A stretch of DNA of 56,880 bases, from positions 1 through 56,880 of the forward strand of contig JAADVB010000110.1 in assembly GCA_023334545.1 (NCBI GenBank). Direction: 5' to 3'. This document shows positions 29,688 to 39,442 of this stretch, piece by piece (positions within the stretch are counted from its first letter, which is position 1; the number at the start of each line of letters is the position of its first letter). The position numbers and the translations under genes are program-made. The DNA is from Salisapilia sapeloensis CBS 127946. Its lineage: Eukaryota > Protista > Oomycota. The notes under the pieces are model-generated. The model was not told where the DNA came from. It saw only the letters and a program-made list of their open reading frames with translations, and made no database searches.

Positions 29688-31265
29688 ATGGAGGCCCATC
29701 TAATACGCCGTCGTAGCATCCTCGTTGCACTAAAGCAAGAAACCGAAGTCTCACCACAAAACGAACGAAAGAACTCTAATCTGACGTCTCGAGATGGTCT
29801 TTCGAATACACCTGGTAGAACAAATCAACGCAGTGATAGTTTAACGTCCCATCGCCGATCGACAGCGAAATCATCCCGAGTTTCTGTCTTGCCTGTGATT
29901 CTTACTGCACCCTTCAATGATGTCGATGAGGAGGAAAGCACTTGTCGTACGGACAGGAGTGACGAGGTTGCCAAGTCTTCTCGTCATGATGCCAAAGGGA
30001 CGACAGCAAGTATCATTGAGCAGACAGACATATTCCCGCCATGGCTACAAGATCGCAAGGATTTCCAAGTATTCTTTCCTCAATACGCTAAAATAGCTAT
30101 ACCTCATGATGAGTTATTGCGAAGTGCAGTACAGAAGAAGCCACACGAACGGAATATCGTGGAGCTCCAATCCCTCGCTCGTTGGATCATGAAAATTCCT
30201 TCGATGACAGCGTTTCTCGATCTAAACCAAGCTCTAGAAATTGCTAAATCTGCCCAGTACGAAGCTTTTGCTCCATCTAGCTATGTCTTTAGGACTGGTG
30301 ATCCAGGAGACGCGTGCTACCTCATTCTTCGAGGCGAAGTTAATGTGCTTATCGATGACGAAAAGATAGCTAGTGTTGGCAAGAATAACGCATTTGGTGA
30401 TATCGCTTTACAACTTGAGAATGCGACTCGAGGTGCAGACGTACAGGTGACCGAAGTACCTTTAAGTGTCTATGATGCAAGGCTCGGGTGTATGCCTGGA
30501 GTGGAATTGTTGAAAATTACAGCAGAGGATTACCACAAGACTTTGGCAAGGAGTCAAACGAAGCGAAAGAAAAGTCTGATCTCGTGGTTGCATAATGAAG
30601 TCGACATCTTTCGAGATTGTGTCGAAAGCAAACTACATTATTATGAGCTCGTGTCGATTGATGTCAATCTCAAGCAAAACGACATTATCTTTCGCCAAAA
30701 TGATAAAGTCGGAGCGCTCTACGTTATCCGTAAAGGTTCCGTTCGATTTGAAGTGGATGTGAAGTATGAGCGACGCCATCGGTGGCCTAGTGGAAAGCGT
30801 GAATGGAGAGGACAGGTGCATGTATCAACGATACAGACACCATTTCATATAGAGCATGCAGGAAGTTTTTTTGGATATGAAATGTTTATCGGGGATGACT
30901 TGAATCGGCAGTTTACAGCCATTGCAGCTTCACCGACTGTCGAGCTAGTGGCATTGAATCGAGTAGACTGCTTTTCGCCGTATTTCTCATTCACCCCCCG
31001 GGCGATATCTAGAATAGCTCGTGCAAATGCTCGCTGCAATACTTTAGCGCGTCAGTGTATGGAGAAAAAGATGAAAGATCTTCATCAGGAAGACACGAAC
31101 ACGAAAACATTCAGGCTTGGAAGACCGGCACTGGAAGCTCTATCGGTAGAGCCTCGCTTCCCACGTACGAAGGAGCCTGTCCAGTTACAATTTCCACGCA
31201 TCAAAGCAACTGACTGGGAAGCCCCAAACGAAACTGTACGCGCTTTCCAACTAGCCTGTCCATAG
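29688..31265 (+). CDS. Tandem cyclic-nucleotide-binding domain protein (CNBD1/2-like)
   Basis: First domain VFRTGDPGDACYLILRGEV...FGDIAL...TRGADV; second domain IFRQNDKVGALYVIRKGSV...FFGYE...RQFTAIA. Confidence 0.85.
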   Translation: MEAHLIRRRSILVALKQETEVSPQNERKNSNLTSRDGLSNTPGRTNQRSDSLTSHRRSTAKSSRVSVLPVILTAPFNDVDEEESTCRTDRSDEVAKSSRHDAKGTTASIIEQTDIFPPWLQDRKDFQVFFPQYAKIAIPHDELLRSAVQKKPHERNIVELQSLARWIMKIPSMTAFLDLNQALEIAKSAQYEAFAPSSYVFRTGDPGDACYLILRGEVNVLIDDEKIASVGKNNAFGDIALQLENATRGADVQVTEVPLSVYDARLGCMPGVELLKITAEDYHKTLARSQTKRKKSLISWLHNEVDIFRDCVESKLHYYELVSIDVNLKQNDIIFRQNDKVGALYVIRKGSVRFEVDVKYERRHRWPSGKREWRGQVHVSTIQTPFHIEHAGSFFGYEMFIGDDLNRQFTAIAASPTVELVALNRVDCFSPYFSFTPRAISRIARANARCNTLARQCMEKKMKDLHQEDTNTKTFRLGRPALEALSVEPRFPRTKEPVQLQFPRIKATDWEAPNETVRAFQLACP

Positions 31266-31644
31266 CAGTAGTTTTTTCCTTGATACTCCTCGTCTTTTTG
31301 ACAATATGAAGTTTATTAGATTTTATAAAGTATCTATCTTTTTACATTCATGTCGTCATAGTAGAAGATATATTTCCATCGACATTTCTATTCCTTTTAC
31401 TCGTATCAACATTTGCTTGATTGTCTAGCCATCCATGTACACTTTATGGGTGCAAATACTCGTCTATGCCTATGAAAGAGTCAGGTATGGCTAGAAAACC
31501 TTCACTCTATCTTGTTATGAGTGTTGGTCTTTGACGACGACTCGCCAGGCATGAAATGGGTGCAAAAAGGGCGGCGAGCGTCACCGCAAGGAAGCTTTCC
31601 ATAACGCAATTTCCCGTCGACCGGATCCACTCCACTCGTTTCTA

Positions 31645-32274
31645 ATGACCTCTACCTCAACTTTTCTTGAATCTCAGACGCGATATTCGTCAGAAGCAAT
31701 GGCGCAAGCGGTGGAGCAATTGTTAGGTGGGAATCCTATCACGACGTCGAATAACGACGAGGTTGAGACGACCGGCAAAGGTAGTGTACCACGCCGCCGT
31801 CGAAAACGCACAGCGATCGAATTGCCAGCAGAGGCCGAAAGTCAAATGGACGAACGCGAGGTCAAACGTGTGAAAAACCGTATTGCTGCTGCGAGAGCGC
31901 GGGAACGTACTCAGCAGCGTGTGCAAGATCTGGAGAGCATGGTCCGCAAGTTGTGGGGAAGAGTGCAATATCTCGAGACCCAATTGGGTTATTCCGATAA
32001 TACTCGGGACGATCAAAGTAGCAAGGAGTGGGAGATGCCATCTATCAAGCACTTGGTAGCTAGTCTCGAAGGGCTAGTGGATCCACCGAGGTCTCCCGTG
32101 ACATCCAATGGTGGTGAATCTCCAGTTCCACATGAAAGCGGGAATCCACTCTGGACAACGGATGACGATGACTACTCGTCTCCTCAAGTCCTGGCAGCGT
32201 ATGAAAAGTTAGAAGCGCAAGAAACGTCTTTGGACATGAGTCAATTAGCCATGATGTTCCCAAGCGCAAGTTAA
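31645..32274 (+). CDS. bZIP transcription factor
   Basis: Basic region KRVKNRIAAARARER (canonical N-x7-R) followed by a zipper (VQDLESMVRKLWGRVQYLETQL). Confidence 0.85.
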   Translation: MTSTSTFLESQTRYSSEAMAQAVEQLLGGNPITTSNNDEVETTGKGSVPRRRRKRTAIELPAEAESQMDEREVKRVKNRIAAARARERTQQRVQDLESMVRKLWGRVQYLETQLGYSDNTRDDQSSKEWEMPSIKHLVASLEGLVDPPRSPVTSNGGESPVPHESGNPLWTTDDDDYSSPQVLAAYEKLEAQETSLDMSQLAMMFPSAS

Positions 32275-32573
32275 TAGAGCACACACCAGAGACTCCATTA
32301 TAATAAATACAAGAAAAAGTTGATATAATGACGTCTCCACCTTTTCATTCCTCTCTTTTTATCCGAAAAGTGTTCCATTTACATCCACTACCTGAAAAAA
32401 GAGAATTCTCCGACTGAAGAAAGAAAAGAACGAGATATCCTTCTTAGAAGTCAACTACATTTGACTTGGTATTAGTATGCTTCTGGATACCAATCTCCAC
32501 CCAAATCAAACGGAAGAAAAAGAAATTGGCAGAAGGTAATTTGCAAGCTAGAGCACAAGCGAGACGATACGAC

Positions 32574-35500
32574 ATGGTAAAGAAGAAAGCAGATAGTGAA
32601 GATATCGATGGGTATGTCGTCGTTAAGAAAGATGACGTTGTCATGGACGACACAGCTGCAAGTAAGAGCAATGCGGGGGAAGAGGCCAAGGCTACTGCTG
32701 CAACGGAAGAAAAGAACACAAGTGCGGGTGAAGTAGGAGAATCTACTAAGCCAAAGAAGTCTAGGCCACGACGCAAGTCCAAGAAGACTGGAGCATCAGG
32801 TGCTGTGGATGGAGAGGTGGAAGCAGCTCCGGAGGATCAAGCTGCATCTTTAAAGACAAGGAAAGATAATAAAGAAGCGGAAGTAAAGGAAGAAGAGAAA
32901 GCGCCTGCTACAAGTTCAAAGAAGTCGAAGCGGAAGAAGAAGCCAAGTGTGGCGCCCGAGTCTATTCCAGACGAAGACGCGCGGTTTATTGATGCTGGAA
33001 ACCCGAATCATGCGCCTCCACCAAGTGCAGAATCGAAAAAAGAGACGACGAGTGCCACCAAGCACGAGCCGAAACCAAAGGAGAGCAAAGCGGAAGGTAA
33101 AGGCAAGGAAAAGAAACAAGCGGTGAAGGATCAACAGAAGCAGAAGAAGGCAGAGAAGGATGCCAAGAGAAGGAAGGAACATCAGAAAAAACAAGAAGCG
33201 AAGAAGGATCAAGAGATGATGGAAGAAAAGAAAGCAAGGGAAAAAGGAAGCAAGTCACGTGGTCGATCCAAGGAAGAAAAGATCGAGTATGAAGAGTATC
33301 GGGAACGTGACCAAGTGTTACGATCGCTAGAGACTGGAGATTTAGTCCAGGGAAAGCTACGTATCAATGCGCAAGTCAGGTCGGAAGACGCGTATGTGAC
33401 TGTGAACGGTCTATCGATCGACGTCTACATCAAAGGTATGCGACTGCGGAATCGAGCGATGAACGGAGACCTCGTCGCGGTCGAACTTCTCGATCGAAAG
33501 GACTGGCCGATTGTCAGGAGCACTGCGCCTAAAGACAATAAGGAGTCTACATCAGCAGGTTCTAATGACTCCAGTGTTTCCAAGGCACTATGGAGACCGG
33601 ATGTGGATATTGCCAAACGTCTAGGGACGAGTGCCAAGTCGACGGACGATAGTTTCAAGAAGAAACTTCGAGAAATTGATGCCTTTGCGAGTAAGGAGGG
33701 GAAGAGGCCAGTGGGGAAAGTCGTGGCGATCGTGACGCCAGGTAATACGCTCGGGTATGTTGGTAACTTGGAACCAAAGAGCCCTCTTAAAAACGACAAG
33801 GAGTCTCTACCGACAGATGACGACTATGCGTTCTTCAACGCACATGACAATCGTCTACCTCGACGCATTCGTATCCCACGTCTTCAACTCCCGGATGCAT
33901 TCGTCAAGAGTCCTCAAAAGTATGCAAGGAATATGCTGTGCTTTTGTCGTATCAAGTCTTGGAGTGTGAACCACATGAGCCCCATGGGAGAGTTTGTCAA
34001 GACGATCGGAGAGTTCACTGGCATCGAGTCTGGTATCTCTGCTGCCTTGACGAGACAAGGGCTGATGGACCACACGCTAGAGTTTCGTCAAGAGATTCAG
34101 AACAGTCTCGCTGCACGCTTTGGTAACGACTGGGTAGTCGATGAAGAAGAGTGTAAGTCAAGGCGAGACTTTCGAACGTCTGTCAAGATCTTTAGTATCG
34201 ATCCTGCAAGTGCGCGTGACTTGGATGATGCACTGCACATTCGTCCATTGAACTCTGCCGAGACGCAGTTTGAAGTCGGAGTGCACATTGCTGACGTGAC
34301 GCACTTTGTCTCGCCTGGTTCATCGCTTGATGAAGAAGCAAAGAAGCGCGCGACGAGTGTATATCTACCGAATCGAGTACTTCCGATGCTGCCTCGACTA
34401 CTCTGTGAACGCCTTTGTTCACTCCAACCGGATGTCGATAGGTATGCTTTCTCTGTCGTGTGGCATATGAATAAGGATGGGACGCTCGTAGAGGGTACGG
34501 CGCCATGGTTTGGCAAGTCGGTCATTCGATCTTGCTGCAAATTGGACTATGACTCGGCGCAGATGATGCTCGATGGACGTGTGACGCCAGATAAAATGGA
34601 CTCGTGGGACGTTGAAAGGAGGACGTCGGACCCTGCGACGGATCTGGAAGTGATTAAAGGAGTACGTAGACTCGGTCGAGTGGCGCGAGGGAGGCGAGAC
34701 ATGAGGTTCAAGGCTGGTGCATTAAGTCTGAACGATGTGAAGCTGACATTCCGACTGGATGATAAAGGCAATCCCGTATCGTTCGGAACGTACGAGATCA
34801 AGGAGAGTAACAATTTGATTGAAGAGTTCATGCTGTGTGCCAACTACCTCGTGGCCCAGCGTCTGCTCAAGGCTGTGGGTTCTGCTGCTTTCTTACGCAA
34901 CCATCAGCCACCGCTGGAGAGGGGTATGGACCAAGTTATCACATTACTTGGCGAGAACGGGATTGACATTGATGAGTCGAGTACGAGGACACTGACGACT
35001 TCTTTGGAGAGAGTGAGGGAGAAGCAAGGGGAAGATACGTTTGCTATTGTCCAATCGATGCTGACGAGGCCGATGAAGCCAGCAGAGTACCTTGTCGCAG
35101 GAGACGTAAATTCCCCCGAGACACTACGTCACTACGCTTTAAACATTCCTTATTATACTCATTTTACATCTCCAATCCGTCGATATGCAGATGTCGTCGT
35201 CCATCGTCTCCTTCAGTCGAGTCTGATGGAAGAAGAAGTAGGAGATAGTCCAAGCGATCTTACCGACGTTGCCAAGAATTGTAACGACAAGAATCGTGCT
35301 TCGAAGGATGCCGAGACAGCGTGCGATGAAGTCTTCCTAAGTGCTTACATTCGTCAGCATGGGGATTTACAAGTGACTGGTGCTGTTGTCGGCGTTGGTC
35401 AACAGAGCTTTACGTTGTACATGATGGAAGTCGGATTAGAACGTCGTATTCAAGTCAAGGACTTAGGGATTTCGAAGAAAAAGTGGGATGAAGATGAAAA

Positions 35501-35687
35501 GAAATTGACTTTGACTTGGATGAAGAAGAAGGGAAAGAACCGCAAATCGAAAGAAGAGGATGAAGAGTCGAGGGAAGTGACGGTAGACGTTGCGTTCTTT
35601 GTCAAGTTACGCGTTCGGATGACTGTGACGAAGAAGATGCCGCTTGCACTGAGATTCGTCTTGGAAGACGAACAGGATTTGGTCTAA
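32574..35687 (+). CDS. DIS3L2: DIS3L2 3'-5' exoribonuclease (RNB family)
   Basis: First ATG at 32574. Cold-shock domain NRAMNGDLVAVEL; catalytic SIDPASARDLDDAL; YTHFTSPIRRYADVVVHR. No PIN domain; Lys/Glu-rich N-terminus. Confidence 0.92.
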   Translation: MVKKKADSEDIDGYVVVKKDDVVMDDTAASKSNAGEEAKATAATEEKNTSAGEVGESTKPKKSRPRRKSKKTGASGAVDGEVEAAPEDQAASLKTRKDNKEAEVKEEEKAPATSSKKSKRKKKPSVAPESIPDEDARFIDAGNPNHAPPPSAESKKETTSATKHEPKPKESKAEGKGKEKKQAVKDQQKQKKAEKDAKRRKEHQKKQEAKKDQEMMEEKKAREKGSKSRGRSKEEKIEYEEYRERDQVLRSLETGDLVQGKLRINAQVRSEDAYVTVNGLSIDVYIKGMRLRNRAMNGDLVAVELLDRKDWPIVRSTAPKDNKESTSAGSNDSSVSKALWRPDVDIAKRLGTSAKSTDDSFKKKLREIDAFASKEGKRPVGKVVAIVTPGNTLGYVGNLEPKSPLKNDKESLPTDDDYAFFNAHDNRLPRRIRIPRLQLPDAFVKSPQKYARNMLCFCRIKSWSVNHMSPMGEFVKTIGEFTGIESGISAALTRQGLMDHTLEFRQEIQNSLAARFGNDWVVDEEECKSRRDFRTSVKIFSIDPASARDLDDALHIRPLNSAETQFEVGVHIADVTHFVSPGSSLDEEAKKRATSVYLPNRVLPMLPRLLCERLCSLQPDVDRYAFSVVWHMNKDGTLVEGTAPWFGKSVIRSCCKLDYDSAQMMLDGRVTPDKMDSWDVERRTSDPATDLEVIKGVRRLGRVARGRRDMRFKAGALSLNDVKLTFRLDDKGNPVSFGTYEIKESNNLIEEFMLCANYLVAQRLLKAVGSAAFLRNHQPPLERGMDQVITLLGENGIDIDESSTRTLTTSLERVREKQGEDTFAIVQSMLTRPMKPAEYLVAGDVNSPETLRHYALNIPYYTHFTSPIRRYADVVVHRLLQSSLMEEEVGDSPSDLTDVAKNCNDKNRASKDAETACDEVFLSAYIRQHGDLQVTGAVVGVGQQSFTLYMMEVGLERRIQVKDLGISKKKWDEDEKKLTLTWMKKKGKNRKSKEEDEESREVTVDVAFFVKLRVRMTVTKKMPLALRFVLEDEQDLV

Positions 35688-35735
35688 AGAGCAAGCAACC
35701 GTTTTTCTTTCGCATTCTTTTCTTTACGTAGTGCA

Positions 35736-37148
35736 CTAACGGAATTGTGATTTGAGCACAAGCATACGTCCATCGATGGCATCTTCCTCGACGTCGCAGA
35801 TCGTACGCAAGATGTCTCGTAGCAGTTTCTTGTTCTCTTCTGTCGTCAATTGTTTCCTGAGTTTCTTGAGCAAATCTCTCGTCCGCATGCGACCACCAAA
35901 GCGCATCAACTCTTGCTGGACACCAGCTTCCGTCAGTCTCGGGCCGTTCGAACTGGCAGCAGCATTCGCAGCATTCTTCGCCTGCTTATCTTCCTTTGCC
36001 TTGCCATTCGCATCTCCCTCTGCCTTCCGTTTTACTCCGACGATCTTTTGCGTCTCAGGCTTAGCTTCCTTCGTCTCCACTTGCTTCCCATTCGCTTCTT
36101 CCGTCGGATTCGCATTCTCCGTAGTCGCTTCACTCGTCTTGCCGACTGCATTCCCAACTGAGATGATGTTGCCACCTAAATCGCGCTTGAGTGTCGCCAT
36201 GTCCTCGGCAGAGTACTCTTCATCCTCATCCTCATTCTCGTCCGCTTCCTTCCCGTTGCTCTCCGGCATGTTCGAGTTCCAATCCTTCTTGAGCAGATCC
36301 TTCATGGCTTGTCCAGCCTCTGTCAAGTTCCCCCCGGTCGTTCCGTCCCCATCTAACTCATCTTCGTCATCTTCCGAGTCGACATTCGCATCCGCTTGCT
36401 GCGTCTCGACACCCATCTCTTCATCATCGTCAAAGACTTCCTCAAAGTCTCCTCCATTCTCCCCCGTCGCATCGTCCCCACCTGCAGGTTTCGACCGACG
36501 AGCAGGACGACGCGCACGTCCTTCACTCACAGAGAAGACATCTTCATTCGTACCTGTCTTCTTCCCACCAGACGCACCCACAGCTCCTGTACGCAGTCGC
36601 GGACCGGCAGATACGGCTTCTCCCGATGGATCAGCCTTAGTATCATCACCAGCGAGCTTGTGCTTCATTAACCATCGCTCGACAGCTCGCTTCTTCTCGT
36701 TGTTTAACTCCTCTGCTTCTTCGTATGTTAGTGTACGGTAGTTGAGAGGCTTCTTAAACCGGAACCATTGCTCCACCGGGATCGCACTAAACTCTCGTGT
36801 CTGTGGATCACGCACGAGAAGCATGTAAGTGGATGCTTGACCACCTTCAAAGGTACCCTGGAACTTGGTGCATTCGTCCTTGTCCTCGATGATCCAGCCG
36901 GCTGTACGGTTCTTCTTGCGACGACGACGACGCTTCTTTTGGAAAGCACCGGTCTCTTCGCCTTCTTCTTCTTCGTCCGAAGAGTGTACACGCTCAGGCT
37001 CACGGTACATCATCACCGGCTGGTGGCTTTTGCGTAGGTTCGGGAGCTGCGGCGTGTCGAAACGAGCGACGTTGTAGCGCTTGATCGACGGCGTCGCACG
37101 CAAGACCATCGTCTCCTGATCATCGTCGCTTGCTGCCTTGGAGCTCAT
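35736..37148 (-). CDS. GTF2F1: TFIIF large (alpha/RAP74) subunit
   Basis: KFQGTFEGG...YMLL...FSAIPVEQWFRF...YRTLTYEEAE; acidic linker; C-terminal winged-helix-like region (LTEAGVQQELMRFGGRMRTRDLLK). Confidence 0.85.
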   Translation of the reverse strand: MSSKAASDDDQETMVLRATPSIKRYNVARFDTPQLPNLRKSHQPVMMYREPERVHSSDEEEEGEETGAFQKKRRRRRKKNRTAGWIIEDKDECTKFQGTFEGGQASTYMLLVRDPQTREFSAIPVEQWFRFKKPLNYRTLTYEEAEELNNEKKRAVERWLMKHKLAGDDTKADPSGEAVSAGPRLRTGAVGASGGKKTGTNEDVFSVSEGRARRPARRSKPAGGDDATGENGGDFEEVFDDDEEMGVETQQADANVDSEDDEDELDGDGTTGGNLTEAGQAMKDLLKKDWNSNMPESNGKEADENEDEDEEYSAEDMATLKRDLGGNIISVGNAVGKTSEATTENANPTEEANGKQVETKEAKPETQKIVGVKRKAEGDANGKAKEDKQAKNAANAAASSNGPRLTEAGVQQELMRFGGRMRTRDLLKKLRKQLTTEENKKLLRDILRTICDVEEDAIDGRMLVLKSQFR

Positions 37149-37756
37149 GATTCCTATCGAGTTTATTGTTCAGACTTAAATTTTGTATGTATGGGTTTCG
37201 TTCACATGTACCGGTACTGAGATGGTACATGTCCAGAAGTTACGGTACAGGTTCGAGATGACCAAACGATATTGGAAGTGGATGAGTACTATGCGTTGTT
37301 ATGAAAAGCCAGGAATCGCATGCACGGTAAAAAGTAGAGTGAGAAGTAAATGCCGTATAAATGGTGTTGTGCGCTTAATTTGGTGTAGAGAAGATCGAGT
37401 AAAGCTTTGTAGAGCGTTCTATAGACACTTGGATTCCAGCGGTTCATGTGATGACAATACTAGTCGTTCAAGTGGATTTAGCAAGCCTATCATGGAAGTT
37501 GAGACGAATGGTCATTCACGTGGATCAGATACTGCATAACGTAACTTTTTGGGAATGTAAAATAGCTACGATGATCGCCTAAAAGACCGACAGACACGCG
37601 AATGAAGCGTTACAGTGAACTTGACACAGTTCAAGATACTTCCACGAAAAGCAGAGCTGTGAAGTCTATCCGTGGCACGCTTAAATATACATAGGTTCTC
37701 ATCTATATAGCACGTTGTTCCAAACTAAGGCCTTTGCACGGACAATCCTGTCGTTA

Positions 37757-39271
37757 CTACTTAGTTTCCAAGTAACTCTTCTCTTCAGGCGTGCTAGTTG
37801 GAAGACTGCCTAATATCGTCAAAAGTTTAAAAGCTTGATGTAAAATTAATGAAAGTAGTAAAAGGGAGGACGTACTGACAGCAACTCGATTCGCTGCTTT
37901 GGGCTTAAGCACTCGGAACGACGAGCGGAAGGAAGAGCCTAGGCCAGGAAAATGTCCAAGCATTTTTTGCCGAGCTCCAGTTTTCGTCATAGGTTGTAGT
38001 TTTGCTGATGTGAGCCAGTGTTGCAATGCATCAGCCAGACGATCGAAAGCGCTGCAGGATGATAAATCCATCTTCAATGATGAGAGACTTGTATTGGCAT
38101 ACAGCTCTGGATATGATGTGAAGACGTTCAAAAGCTTTGCCTGGTTCGTTGGAGCCTCTTCTGATACAGAGCTTTTAGCAACACTTTGATCATATACATC
38201 AACTGGAAGCTTAGCATTGTATGCAGTCTCTGTATCAACTGCCCACATTTTAATTTCATCGAATCCTCGATCGCATTGTATCGCGAACACTTCGTTCATC
38301 TTTTCGTTCGTCGTAAGTACTTGATCAATTGCAACTTCTAAGCAGCAATGAAAAATTTGTGGAAACAAAGAGGTTGACGGGACCGATGGTGGTTCTGCAA
38401 GACAAGTGCTGATGGGTGTAAGCACCTGCGATAAGATCCTCCTAACCATTTCACCTGCATCTATTGCACTTGTCGTTCTCCATGCAGTAACAATGGAGCT
38501 TCGTTTAGCAGGCTGTAGAGACGTACAAATGCGCAGTATTTCTCTCCGGACAGATTTTAAAATGCTTCCTTCGATCTCCTCGTATAATCTTTGGTATGGT
38601 GCCAGATATTCGTCTATCACATTCAACGCTTCTATAGCCACTAACGCATTTGTTTCGCTACCGTGAGGCACGCTTTCTCGACCTCTTTCCGGTAGCTGGG
38701 AAGTTGGCTTGAGAAGAGTGGTGCATTCGGTCAAACCTGTGATAATCGTATAAAAAACGGCGTGAAGAGCGACTCGGCAGTTAACTGTGATATGCTCTTT
38801 GCTTCCATCATTTTCGCTAGCTTCTTGCATCTTTTTCGACTCGGCAGTCCACAGCGCTTTGCTTTTGAGTGCAAAGTTAAGAAATTTTCGCGCCAAAGGT
38901 TCAAACGAAGTGATAAGCATCGACAACAATAAGATGTTATTGGCGTCTTCTTTTGCTTGCTTTAAAAGTGAGTTAAGCAGACAACAAATCTTGGTATCGA
39001 TACCTTTTATCGACTCGCCCTCCTGTGCATTCAAGCCACTGCAGCGTGACAGTTCATGTACATCTGCATAGACGTTGGAAACTTGGCCATAGTAATACGC
39101 AACTTTTGTTGCAGTGTCCATGGAAAGCCCACTCTTATCGAAATCATCTGTAGGCTCGACGTTTTGACTAGTAAGTGTACTGACATGATTTGAAGACCCG
39201 GTTACCTTGAGAGGCAACCATGATTCATGACAGAATTTGCATCGGCAATCTGACTGATTATCATCAGCCAT
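37757..39271 (-). CDS. Helical hypothetical protein, weakly CCDC142/CATCHR-like
   Basis: Long ORF. The likely start is ATG 39271 (MADDNQ), head-to-head with kinesin. Possible 42-nt in-frame intron near the 3' end. Family resemblance is weak. Confidence 0.68.
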   Translation of the reverse strand: MADDNQSDCRCKFCHESWLPLKVTGSSNHVSTLTSQNVEPTDDFDKSGLSMDTATKVAYYYGQVSNVYADVHELSRCSGLNAQEGESIKGIDTKICCLLNSLLKQAKEDANNILLLSMLITSFEPLARKFLNFALKSKALWTAESKKMQEASENDGSKEHITVNCRVALHAVFYTIITGLTECTTLLKPTSQLPERGRESVPHGSETNALVAIEALNVIDEYLAPYQRLYEEIEGSILKSVRREILRICTSLQPAKRSSIVTAWRTTSAIDAGEMVRRILSQVLTPISTCLAEPPSVPSTSLFPQIFHCCLEVAIDQVLTTNEKMNEVFAIQCDRGFDEIKMWAVDTETAYNAKLPVDVYDQSVAKSSVSEEAPTNQAKLLNVFTSYPELYANTSLSSLKMDLSSCSAFDRLADALQHWLTSAKLQPMTKTGARQKMLGHFPGLGSSFRSSFRVLKPKAANRVAVSTSSLLLLSLILHQAFKLLTILGSLPTSTPEEKSYLETK

Positions 39272-39442
39272 TCCTTCAGGATGAGGAGTTTGATCAGTGC
39301 CATGAATAGTACAAGAGTCATTCGGTTTCATCGATGGATAAGTATGGACCTGGATCGTTCTACTCCAATTTGTCTGAAACGACCAAAAAGGCACTCTACA
39401 TTAAGAAACAGTACAAGCAGAAACGGTGGAAGCTCAAGAGCG

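Noticed and set aside
31645-32274. Oomycete-type atypical bZIP (Asn replaced by Cys, Val or Tyr)
   Set aside because: The canonical N-x7-R is intact.
35752-36741. 329-aa plus-strand ORF
   Set aside because: It is the antisense shadow of TFIIF-alpha; the S/F/P-rich composition is the complement of E/D/K codons.
37183-37539. 118-aa ORF with a faint Copia RNase H resemblance (LIWCRE...CDDNTS...HSR), and a 9-bp inverted repeat at 37204-37232
   Set aside because: TTG start and motifs too weak. A single 9-bp inverted repeat is expected by chance in 57 kb.
37448-37560. C-box-like GTGATGA suggesting a C/D snoRNA
   Set aside because: No CTGA D box at a suitable distance and no terminal stem.
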